Below, one piece after another: positions 50,018 to 61,412 of a stretch of 64,000 nt of DNA. The DNA is taken from contig JBHGNT010000001.1 in the NCBI GenBank assembly GCA_043228905.1, positions 17,670,001-17,734,000 of the forward strand, written 5' to 3'. The notes beneath the pieces were generated by a model that saw only the letters and a list, made by a program, of their open reading frames with translations, was not told where the DNA came from and ran no database searches. The stretch is from Azolla caroliniana. Taxonomy: Eukaryota; Plantae; Polypodiophyta. The translations under genes were made by a program, and so were the position numbers. The stretch's first letter is position 1. Every line of letters begins with the position of its first letter.

Positions 50018-53000
50018 AGCGGACTGTTGCGGAGTGGGGAAGTGATAGTCCGAGAAGCCCTGATACCCCACACAGGAAGAAAACTCTCGGAGCAAAACAA
50101 GTACGAATCGGCCCGGATGGGGCATCTACGTACACGGCCGTAACCGGAGGAATGAAGAAACAATACCGACAAGTGGAGGATAAGTTACGGTCGGCATCAA
50201 TAATAAAAGAAGACGAAGAAATCGTGGGAGTGATCGAGGAAGTGTTCTATGGGAATACACTACAACGGCTTGAAGAGCTTGCGGAAGATAAAAGCCAAGG
50301 GAACCGGGTAGTCCCGGTGGAATCGGTCGAGATGTACGAGATCATTGCGAAAATGGAGCCGGATACGCTCCGCAAAGAAGAAGCAATGGTAAGTACGAAA
50401 TACAAGACCGTGGAGAAGAAGGTGAAACCGGCCGCGGGACCATTACCCGCTGATAGCGAACAAAAGAGGAAAGAAGTCTCGGGAGATCCGACACTTCGGA
50501 AGACCGTGGATATCGGACATGCCTTCACAGATGAGACCCGGAAGAAACTTCGGATCGGTGAAGGTGGGTTCCTCTTACAAGAAGAAGAAAAACGGTTTCG
50601 AGAGATGTTGGAGCAACATGGCAAAGCATTCGCGTTCACATCGAGGGAGATCGGATGCATTGATCCAAAGATAGTGGAGCCGATGGTGATTTTCACGATT
50701 GATCATGTACCGTGGAACCTGAAGCCGATTCCGGTGCCACGGGCGCATATTCCGAAAGTCATCGACTTGCTCAAGGAGAAGGTGGCGATGGGGATTCTAG
50801 AGCCATCAAGTGCTCCGTACTCAAATCGATGGTTTACGGTTCCGAAGAAGAATGGGTCACTCCGATTTATCCAAGACTTGCAACCGGTGAACAAGGTCAC
50901 GATCCGGAACTCGGGAGTCGGTCCGATAGTGGACGAATTCGCGGAAGCTTTTGCCGGACGTGCGATATACTCCATCGGGGACCTATACTCGGGGTATGAC
51001 CAATTCCAACTAGCCGTGGAGAGCCGAGACATCACTACCATGCGGACACCGATAGGACTAGTTCGAATGTGCACACTACCACAAGGAGCGACAAACTCGG
51101 TTGCACATATGATGAACGCGATGAACAAGGTGCTTCGAGATTGCATTCCGGAGATAACGATGCCGTTTCTAGATGACATTCCGATGAAAGGATGCGCGGT
51201 GGAAGAAAAAGATGAGACTATGGATGATCGGGGATGCCGAAAGTTCGTGGTCGACCATATTCATGATTGCGAGAAAGTGTTGCGAAAGCTAGAAGATGTG
51301 CACCTAACACTTTCCGGGGAGAAATCGGCATTCGGGCAAGAAGAAATATTGGTGGTCGGACATCTATGTGGACCCTACGGCCGAAGACCGTCACCAACAA
51401 AGATCGATGCGATTCAAGCTATGAAGGAAGTATGTGAGTCAACGTCGGAAGTCCGAAGGTTTCTGGGTGCGTGTGCATTCTATCACATATGGATTCCGCA
51501 CTATGCACATATAGCGGACCCGCTCTATCACTTGTTGCGGAAAGGTAAGAAATTCGAGTGGAAACCGGAACACACTAAAGCCATGAGGAAGCTCAAGAAG
51601 ACACTATGGAGGGCGGAATCACTTAAGAAGCCAAGCTACGAGCGGCCAATCATAGTAACGGTTGATACAAGTCCAACCGGTATCGGGTGGGTCATCAATC
51701 AAGCCGACTCGGATGGTTCGCGGTATCCGATCCGATTTGGAGCAAAGGTCCTCAACGAAAGGCAACGCGGATATGCACAAGTCAAAAGAGAATTGTGGGG
51801 AGTCGTGTCGGCGATAAAATCGGATCGGGATTATTTGATCGGAGCTGAAGTGGTGATCGAGACGGATTGTCTTCCGATACTCGGGATGATGCGGTGTTGT
51901 ACGATACCGGATGTGGCTATGCTAAGGTGGATTGCATATGTCAAGTCACTTAATCCGGAGGTTCGACACATCTCGGGGAAGGACAACGCGGTAGCGGACA
52001 TGTTATCGAGGGCGCGGTTTGAAGACGACATAACCGAATCAGATAATGAAGAAGTTTCCGAAGACTACTTCACGTCAGAACACATATGCCGAGTGAACGT
52101 GATCCGAGAATTCCGGGAAGAAGAATACGAGGGGGAAACCTTGATGATCGGGAAGATGCTACAAGAGGTCGAGGATTCAACCAATGATAAAGAAAGGAGA
52201 GCCGAGATCCGAAGGAAGAAGAGGCAAGTCCAAAAGTTCTTCTTGGAAAACGGTTTAATATGGAGGACGCCGAAAAGACCGGATGGGATACCACTTCGAG
52301 TAGTCGGGACGAAAGAGCAACGAAACCGGATAATGTCCGAGTTCCACGAATCCGATTGGGCTGGACATCGAGGAACATGGGCAACTTTTGTGAAAATCAA
52401 GCAAAGATATTGGTGGAAGAACATGTATAAAGATGTCGCGGAGTTCACAGAAAGCTGCGAGAAATGTCAAGTCTACTCCGGGGTCCGACACCGAGATGAG
52501 CTGCATCCGACATTCTCACCGACAATCAACTTCAAGTGGATGGTCGACATTGTAGCTATGCCGACCGGGATTGGACAAAAGAAATACTTGGTGTTAGCTC
52601 GAGAAGATCTCACAAACCAAGTTGAAGGTCGAGCGCTTCGGAGGAAAACGTGTGCCGCGGTGTGCCAATTTCTTTTGGAAGAAGTGTTTTGTAGGTACGG
52701 CTGCGTAGGACAAGTGATTGCGGACCGGGGAGAACTCGACTCGGACAAAGCTAGGGGATTCTTCGCCAAACATGGAGTTCGGTTAACGTTGACAACGGCC
52801 TACAATCCGGAGGCCAACGGGAAGATCGAACGAGGACATAGTCCGATCGTGAAAGCACTTGCGAAGGCATGCGACGGAAGGGTGAAGGATTGGCCACAAA
52901 TGCTTCCGTATGCACTATGGGCGGATCGGACGACGCATAGCTCCGTGACCGGTTACATGCCGGCAGAACTCATGACCGGACAAGCACCGGTAATGCCAAC

Positions 53001-53619
53001 GGAAACCGCAATCACGACATGGACAATACTACCGTGGAAGGAAGAGATGAGCCGGGAAGAACTACTAGCGGTCCGGATACGACAACTGGAGGGAAGACCG
53101 AAAGATGTAGCGGAAGCGTCACGCCGACAACAAGAAGCACGGTTCCGGAACAAAAGCCGGTTCGACACAAAGCACCGACTACGACCGAGGAGGATTGAAG
53201 AAGGAGATTGGGTGATCGTCTATGATAGTAGCTTGGACCATCAACATACAACGATGCGGAAATTCGCGAAAAGGTGGTTCGGGCCGTACGAGGTTCGGAA
53301 GGTCTTCGACAACGGGACGTACCGACTGTCCGAGTTGGATGGAACAATACTACGAGTGCCTATAGCCGGGAAGCGGGTGAAGATTTTCAAGAAGCGGACC
53401 GACGACAAACCTTATGTGATCCAAGTCGAGGCCGACAACGAGGAGCAATCGGACGAAGACCACAATGATGCGGGAAGCGAAGAAAGTGGATTACAACTCA
53501 TAGTCGACATAAGGGGAGAATCGGAGGAAGCTTCGGATGAAGACGGATACGAAGAATCAAGAACTTCGGCACATACCGGAGGATGTGCGGGTTTGGAGGG
53601 GGCGAGTGTCGTAGTGTAG
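50008..53619 (+). CDS. Pol (RT-RNase H-integrase) of element F, in the -1 frame relative to ORF1
   Basis: PFLDDIP, VDTSPTG, HRG..CEKC, IADRGE and GPY motifs. The frame is open from the GGATTTTT site. Confidence 0.92.
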   Translation, partial: GFLKRTVAEWGSDSPRSPDTPHRKKTLGAKQVRIGPDGASTYTAVTGGMKKQYRQVEDKLRSASIIKEDEEIVGVIEEVFYGNTLQRLEELAEDKSQGNRVVPVESVEMYEIIAKMEPDTLRKEEAMVSTKYKTVEKKVKPAAGPLPADSEQKRKEVSGDPTLRKTVDIGHAFTDETRKKLRIGEGGFLLQEEEKRFREMLEQHGKAFAFTSREIGCIDPKIVEPMVIFTIDHVPWNLKPIPVPRAHIPKVIDLLKEKVAMGILEPSSAPYSNRWFTVPKKNGSLRFIQDLQPVNKVTIRNSGVGPIVDEFAEAFAGRAIYSIGDLYSGYDQFQLAVESRDITTMRTPIGLVRMCTLPQGATNSVAHMMNAMNKVLRDCIPEITMPFLDDIPMKGCAVEEKDETMDDRGCRKFVVDHIHDCEKVLRKLEDVHLTLSGEKSAFGQEEILVVGHLCGPYGRRPSPTKIDAIQAMKEVCESTSEVRRFLGACAFYHIWIPHYAHIADPLYHLLRKGKKFEWKPEHTKAMRKLKKTLWRAESLKKPSYERPIIVTVDTSPTGIGWVINQADSDGSRYPIRFGAKVLNERQRGYAQVKRELWGVVSAIKSDRDYLIGAEVVIETDCLPILGMMRCCTIPDVAMLRWIAYVKSLNPEVRHISGKDNAVADMLSRARFEDDITESDNEEVSEDYFTSEHICRVNVIREFREEEYEGETLMIGKMLQEVEDSTNDKERRAEIRRKKRQVQKFFLENGLIWRTPKRPDGIPLRVVGTKEQRNRIMSEFHESDWAGHRGTWATFVKIKQRYWWKNMYKDVAEFTESCEKCQVYSGVRHRDELHPTFSPTINFKWMVDIVAMPTGIGQKKYLVLAREDLTNQVEGRALRRKTCAAVCQFLLEEVFCRYGCVGQVIADRGELDSDKARGFFAKHGVRLTLTTAYNPEANGKIERGHSPIVKALAKACDGRVKDWPQMLPYALWADRTTHSSVTGYMPAELMTGQAPVMPTETAITTWTILPWKEEMSREELLAVRIRQLEGRPKDVAEASRRQQEARFRNKSRFDTKHRLRPRRIEEGDWVIVYDSSLDHQHTTMRKFAKRWFGPYEVRKVFDNGTYRLSELDGTILRVPIAGKRVKIFKKRTDDKPYVIQVEADNEEQSDEDHNDAGSEESGLQLIVDIRGESEEASDEDGYEESRTSAHTGGCAGLEGASVVV

Positions 53620-56600
53620 GTTGCACACTATGTGGAAATTATATTTTTGTCCCTCCGGATAGAGAATGGAGTGCTCGGTGGGAACCGGAAGAAAACGGCA
53701 TACCGGCAAGGAGGAAAACGGCATACCGGCAAGGAGGAAAAACGGCATACCGGCAAGGAGGAAAACGGCGTACCGGCAAGGAGGAAAAACGGCATACCGG
53801 CAAGGAAGAGCCGGATAAAGAGACATAAATGTAAAAAGAAAGGAAATACTCACTACTGCGCAGGGCGTGATTCGAACTCTGCACCTCCACGTTGACAAAC
53901 CCCAACCTTACCATTACATTAAATTATCTTAAGTGTTTTAAATATAGATTTAATATGTATAAGACCTTTATTTATGCATACCTTTATTAAAAGGTAAATC
54001 GTGTATTTCTTTAATATATGAAAAAGAAAAAACACGAGACACTAAAAATAACTCATGCACATCTAGCGTGCATGAGCACTATATTTAGCAAATAAAAGCA
54101 AGGATTAGAAAAGCATCACATGCATATTTAGTGTGCATGAACATATGAGAAAAAGCATGTAGCTATGCTTAGTCTCTCCCATCACTATATAAGGATGGGG
54201 AGCACATTGTAGTTGTTGTTGATTATTTGGATTAAGAATTAATCAATACAAAAATTATTCGTGGGATTGACGATTTATACATCTACTTCTCTCTTAACAC
54301 CCTAAGTACCAATTAATATAGTATACTCGTGTGATTCACGAGTTTCTTATCCTTCTCTTTGCTATTTACTCATAATTAATCTCTATCTCACGAACTCCTT
54401 TCTCCTAGTCCAAGACCTCTGTGGTTCCCACCCGACTCACGCAACGATCCGGAGCCGAAAGGCACGACAACGTTGTCGAGCATCGAAGCCGAGTATAGAG
54501 GAGCAGTTGTCGTGACATGCGAAGCCATATGGTTGAAGCAACTACTTAAGGATCTGCAAGTAGAGGTATCCGATCCAACGACAATCTACTACGACAACCT
54601 CAATAGCATCCAGCTAGCTAAGAACCTCGTCTTCCATGCCCGGACTAAGCACATTGAGGTGCAATACCATTTCGTCTATGAGCGTGTCCTCTCTGGTGAA
54701 GTCGAACTTTAGTATGTTCCAACGCATCGGCAAAACGCCGACATCTTCACCAAGCCTCTTGGTCTGGACAAGTTGCGGCAATTCTCATGTGCGCTTGGGT
54801 TGCGTCACCTCGACGTGCAAAACTTGAGGGGGAGAGACGTCCCAAATGACCATGGAAGAGGGAGAGAAGTTCCGGAAGACGAAGACCGCGATGCCGAGTT
54901 GGATGACGAACTCGATTTCGGATCGGCTGAAGAAGCCAAGGGTGGACCCGCGGAAGATTCTGAAAGCGGACATAAGGGGAGCAGTCGAAAGAAAGAGCCG
55001 AAGCCAACCAAGGGTGAGAAGATTGAAGATGAGTTGGAGACAAGCCGAGTCGGTTCAGATGTTTGATTTGGATACGCTGAATCAACCAAGGGCCAAGCAA
55101 AAGAGAAGGTAGCAGAAGAGGCGCCAACACCGCAATAGCAAGGAAGCTGAGAAGGGCCGTGTAAGCAAACAAGCCGACTGGAAGGGTCGAGGTGCGCGGA
55201 TTCGAACGGGTCGAGGAGTGCGAGCGAGGCATGAAGCCAGAACGAACCGGAACGTAGATCTGACGGAGCAGGTGGAACCTCAAGTTGAGCTTGAGGGGGA
55301 GTGTTGAGAGACAAGCTCAACATTCGTGCGTAATACGATGTGTAAACCAGTGCGTAGACTGGGTGCATAAATCAGTACGCATAACATGGTCGTATCGGTG
55401 CATAAACCGGAAGGCCGTTAGTATGATATTCCTCGTAAGGAATAATTTTGGGAGTTAGTCTAGAGCTCACTTATGAGCATTGAAGTACGTGTCAGTACTT
55501 TTGTCAGTCCGTATGGACTTGTATAAAAGTGCTCACTAAGCACATCCTATGTACAAATTGAGTATTATTTTGAATCGAGTTTTTTCTGTGTGTTCTCTCT
55601 CTCTGTCTCTCCCGCGTACTGTGCATATACAAGCTCTCCATTAAACTTGCGTATTTTCGGTGTTCGGTTTCCTATTGCTTCCGCACGCTATTCTTTATAC
55701 AAAATCTATGGCAGAAATTAGAGTGGGGCATGACGGAGGACGAGGCTAGGGAGACATTTATGGCAACATTACGACGACGCATACAGACAATGCTCAACAA
55801 CAATAGCGTGAAAGGGGAAACAACTGATATGGTCATAGAAAGAGCGCTACAGCTCGAGCTGGACGAAGAAGAGGAAATGTTTTCCATGTCCTCATTATGA
55901 CAAGCATTACCTTAGGACGAGGAACGGCATTTTCGCCAAGCGATCCAATGCACAATTTGCTTGAATTGGGGGCATTCCGCAGTTGAATGCAACATGCGAA
56001 TCCACTGTCTAATTTGTCACTCGAAAGCTCACACAGTTGAGCAGTGTGAGTATAATATGTTTAACAGATCCATGCCCACAGTACGCAGTGTGGAAACACA
56101 ACGTCCCCCATGCCGTAATGAACAAAGGTGGCAAGAAGAACGACCACGGTAAATGGATCAGAACCCACGTGATGACCGGCACTACCGGAATCGCCGGAAT
56201 GAAAACAATTCTGAGGACCGTGTCAACCACAGAAATACTAAAAGGGGTTGACGCTATGAGAATTACCATCTGACGAACAAACGTGCGACTTCAATGGGCC
56301 TCGCAGAAAGCATAGTCAGTATCAGGACCAACGGCAGTACGACGAAAGTTCAGACGATGACCGGCACCAGGAATTGCGTTGGGACCAACATCAACCACCA
56401 CGTACGCTCCGACGAACGAATCAAGACCGGGAGGAGCAAGTCACACCTGGGGATCGGCACACACCATTAGGGGCTGAGAAGGGCAAATCTAGCATCCATT
56501 GTTTTGTTTGTCAACAGTCCGGACATTATGCCACACAATGCCCAGTACGCAAGGGCAAGGGGCCCGCCGTCAATTCGATTACGGCAGAAGTACAACAAGT

Positions 56601-59600
56601 CACGACACGTCAGCAAACAAAAAATGTTGATTGGGCCTCGCAAGATGAGATACGGCAGACAACTCAAGCCTGAGTTGAAAAGCAAACGCGGCAAATACAG
56701 AACACATGTAGAAGGAGTCCGCAAACATGGTGGAGCTATTGGAGGAAGAGGGACCATCGCCGGATCCCCTATGGCAAGCATTGACAGGCTACGAGATAAG
56801 GTTAACTATGGAGAAGCTACTGCAACTAGTCCCATGATTCCACCAGGTTGTGGAAGAGCGGATGACGGGCAAACCTAGGGTAAGCATCACCGCGAATTTT
56901 ACAGACATTAGCGTCGGACCAATAGTGGTGCATCACCACAATCCAGCTACTAAGTTGATACTACATGGTTAGGAAATGCAAGGATGCGCAATCGATGGCG
57001 GTTCGGGCGTTAATGTAATTAGCGTGAAGACATGCAAACAATTGGGAATTTCAGAATGGGAAGCTTGCCCGTTTTGGCTTCGCATGGCGGATACCCGCTC
57101 AGTATGACCATTAGGTTTGATACGCAAGGTAGGCATTATCGTGGGAGGACATCGCTTCGACATCTCGGCGGTAGTCCTCGCCCTTGACGCCCCAAGAGCG
57201 TATCCTATGCTGTTGGGCAGACCGTGGCTTTGTTCAACGAATATCAAGCAGAGCTGGCAACACAAGTGTATCATCTTTCGATGCAGACACACCAAGGTTC
57301 GCGTACCAACAGAGGAAATGGCGGCACATCCCAAGGGCATAACACCATTGTACACGGAGGATGTAAATATGTTGGTTGGGGTGGATGATACAGAATTAGA
57401 GGTATACCTAGACGAGCACCCTCGGATTATTCCACTGTTCGAAATCGACGTCATCGAAACCGCGGCGGAATATGCCATGCCCGCTACACTCCACGATGAG
57501 GCTTATCAACCAAACCCGGAGTCAATATTAGAACTAAGCAGAGCACGGGCAGCGTTTGAGAGGGAAATGGAAATTTCACGACGAGTCACCGCCTCCGCCC
57601 TGGAAGAAGTAAATGTGGGTACGATGTCAGAACCCCAATTCCTCTCCATCGCAAAAGAATTACTGCCGGATCAGAGACACACGATGATAGCACTACTCAG
57701 GAAGTATAAAGATGTCTTCGCCTGCGCCCACAAGGACATGAAGGGGTTAGATCCAAAGCTCTATCAACATAAGATCAATTTAGCAACCGACGCAAAACCT
57801 GTCCAGCAGCGTCGATACCGTATGAACCCAAACTACGCGGCCCGCGTAAAAGAAGAAATTGACAAACTCCTCAAGGCCGGATTCATACGACCAGTTAAAC
57901 AAGCTACATGGTTAAGCCCGATAGTAATCATACCAAAGAAAAATGGCAAAATACGTGTATGCGTGCGTGGACTACCGGAAATTGAACGTCGTAACCATTA
58001 CGAACGCATTCGCTTTACCGTTCACCAATAGCGTACTGGATGACGTTGCGGGGCATGACATATACAGCTTTTTAGATGGCTTCAGTGGGTACAACCAAGT
58101 ACGCATGCACCTCGAAGACCAAGAGAAGACGACGTTTGTCACGGACTGGGGAGTCTATGTCGCAGTCGTCATGATGTTCGGGCTAAAGATGGCGCCGACG
58201 ACATTTCAACGGACAATCATAGAGATTTTTGGGGAATATATTCCGGCCTTCATGCACGTTTTTTAGACGATTTTGCGGTATATGGGACAACAACCGACCA
58301 TTTTACGCATCTGCAGCTTTGCCTGGAGCGTTGCCGAACTGCACGCTTAAGCCTGAATCCCGCCAAATGCGCCTTCCACGTTACAAGTGGGGCTCTCCTC
58401 ACCCATATAGTCAGCAAGGAAGGGATAGCGGTCGATCCGAATAAAGTCTCCGTGATTACTCACACAAAAACGCCGACAAACGCGAAATCACTCAACTGGT
58501 TTTTAGGGCAAATACAATGGCACAGTCGGATGATATGCTATTTGGTGGACTTCGCCACGCCATTACTTGCCGCCGTTCATCAGACTCCCTTCCAATGGAT
58601 AGCTACGGAAGACAAGGCATATGATGCGCTAAAGGTAATGCTAACGCAAGCACCCGTCATATAGCCACCAGTTTGGGCGAAGCCATTCCACGTGTTCGTA
58701 GATGCCTCAAACATAGCAATAGGTAGTGCGCTAATGTAGCTCACGGAGCCGAATTGGTACCGACCGATGTACTACGCTAGTCGGAAATTATCAAAGGCTG
58801 AGCGTAACTATTCCACAACGGAACGTGAGGTGTTGGGTATGATCTACAACATCGATAAGTTCCAACATTATCTGCTACGGCGGAAATTCACATTTCACGT
58901 AGATCATTCGGCACTGCTATATTTGGTAGGGAAACAAGCGTTGATGGGGAAATTGGCAAGATGGATGCTGCTGCTTCAAGAATTCGACTTTGTAATTCAG
59001 CACCGTCCGGGTATACAACACATAGTGGTAGATTTTTTGAGCAGACTCGATAATGGACAAACGACGCAGAAGGATGACGACAACTTTCCGGATGACGACA
59101 TTTTGCAGGTAGCGACGCTAGCAGAACAAATGGAAAAGACTTTCTCGGATCGGTGGCTCATGGAAATGACCTATTTCCTGACCACGGGGTTACCGCCACC
59201 CCAATTACGGACGGACGAGAAAAACGGTTGGCCGTACAAAGTCGAAATTTCTGTTTAGTGGAAGACATACTATACCACAAGAGTAGTGACGACATCTAGA
59301 GGCGCGGAATACGGCAGGATGAGAAGGTCGGGGTTCTACGTGAAGCCCATTGTGGTACGGCGGGAGGACATTACGCGGGCGATGTTACGGCCCGGAAAAT
59401 TTGGCAAGCAGGACTTTGTTGGCCGACGACGCAAAAGGACACGTATGAATATTGTAGACAGTGCGATTTATGCCAACGACTGGGCCAACCCACAGAAGTC
59501 GCAAGAATGCCACACCAACCAGTGTTGCCACTAGATCCTTTTCAAAAGTGGTGGTTAGATTTCGTGGGACCCTTTACCCCAACGGCCACTCGAACAAGCA

Positions 59601-61412
59601 ATAAGTACATCCTGGTGGCTACGGATTACTGTACCAAGTGGGTAGAAGCGAAACCACTACGCGAGAATACCACGGCAGTCACGACGAAATTTCTTTACGA
59701 ACATATCTGGTGTCGTTTCGGCTGCCCTATCAAGCTCATTAGTGACCAAGGGAGTCACTTTTCTGAATACAGTCATCAGTGAACTGACCCAACATTACAC
59801 TGTGGTGCACAAAAAAAGTACGTTGTCTTACCCGCAAGCAAATGGCTTGGGTGGACTCCACAAACAAAACCCTCCAAACTATCCTCAAAAAGATAGTCAA
59901 TGAGAACAGGACGGATTGGGACACCAAGTTGCGTAGTGCGTTATGGGCATTCTGTACTAGCTATAAGACTAGCATACAATCAACACCGTTCAGGCTAGCA
60001 TTTGGTCTAGCGTATCTGTGGTTAATCTATTGTGTGTCTGTGATTCTTGGTGGCGTAGCGTAGTCGTAAGAGTGTAGGTGTGAGTAATAGTGTGGTTGCT
60101 AGTCCACTATCTAAGGAGTTCGGTTGTAGACGTCTCCCTTATACGCTACTAGGATATGGGATGTATCCCGCTAAGTATTACGCTACGACAATACCATTCA
60201 TTGCAACATAGTCACTTTGAGGTCTAGGTTGAAAGACTGATCGTAGACTGTGTTCCTAATCGGTAACAACAGACTGGGGAGTATTTGTAGCGGTGGTCAT
60301 GATGTTCGACGTGAAGAGGCCCCCGACACGTTTCAACGAACTATCACGGAAATCTTCGGTGACTTTATACCTGCATTTATGCAAGTCTATCTTGATGACT
60401 TCGTAGTATATGGGACGCGAAGAGAACATTTTAGCCATTTGCGGTTATGTTTGGAACGTTGCCGTACCTCGCGCCTCAGCCTTAATTTGGTGAAATGCGC
60501 ATTTGGGGTCACTAGTGGAGGTCTGCTTAGACACATCGTGAGTAAGAAGGGGATTGCGGTAGATCCCAACAAAATTAAGGCGATCATGGAAGCCAAAACT
60601 CCTAGTAACGCAAAAGGTCTTAGTCGCTTCCTCAGGCAAATACGTTGGCACAACCGTATGTTACAATACTTGGCGGATTTCGCAACCCCCCTGCACGCCA
60701 CAATACACCTTACTCCATTCCATTGGACGACAATAGAAGGTAAGGTGTATGAGGCACTCAAAGTAATGTTGACCCAAGCGCCCGTTGTACAGCCCCCAAA
60801 CTTTGGTCTAAATCATTCCACGTATTTGTGGATGCCTTCGACATTGCAATCGACAACGCGCTAATGCAACTCACTGAGCTGAGTTGGTACCGACCGATAT
60901 ACTACTCCAGCCTTAAATTATCAGATGCAGAGCGGAATTATTCAACATTAGAGCGTGAAGCCTTGGGGATGATTTACAACGTAAACAAATTCCGACATTA
61001 CTTACTAGGGCGGAAGTTCACGTTTCATCTTGACCACACGACGCTACTCTACTTAGTCGACAAGTAGGCGTTAACACGGAAATTAGCTAGATGGATGATG
61101 CTACTCCAGAAATTTGAATTCACAATCCAGCATCGGCCAGGTACACAACGCGCCATAGCTGATTATCTAAGCAAACTAGGTAATGGCAACAATGCAATAA
61201 TGCGAGATGACGATTTCCCCGTCGCCGATATTTTGCGGGTTGCAGCTATAGCGACACAAGATGAGAAGAGTTTTCCGGACCAGTGGCTGATGAAAATGAC
61301 CTACTTCTTGACAATGGGATTACCACCACCACATCTATGAACAAACAAAAAGAAACGACTCGTAGTACGGAGCCACAATTTCTGTCTAGTTGAAGGAGTC
61401 CTATATCATAAG

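Larger units (their letters stand above)
47029..54469 (+). mobile_element. Young full-length Ty3/gypsy element F (no chromodomain seen)
   Basis: LTRs at 47029-47938 and 53607-54469. PBS TGGTGAACCCGACGTGA (tRNA-Trp-like) at 47944. PPT GGAGGGGGCGAG. Flanks GCGT/ACGT. Confidence 0.95.
46940..55701 (+). mobile_element. Copia 3' fragment (RNase H, extension, PPT, LTR 55302-55701) split by element F
   Basis: STSGFAFSLGSAAITWSSKKQPTVA|LSSIEAEYRG joins across 47028/54474. Confidence 0.85.
46541..60268 (+). mobile_element. Decayed gypsy element G of the same family, inserted in the RT of H; gag-pol remnants at 55702-60010
   Basis: LTR parts at 46541-~46935 and ~60010-60268 overlap in sequence. TSD ACGGA/ACAGA. 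Zinc knuckle CFVCQQSGHYATQC plus RT, RNase H and integrase motifs. Confidence 0.75.
44460..61412 (+). mobile_element. Decayed gypsy element H (LTR 44460-44919; pol at 45330-46540, resuming 60269-61412)
   Basis: Protease IVDGGSGVN. The RT sequence FVTD|WGVFVAVVMMF is split by element G. Confidence 0.75.
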
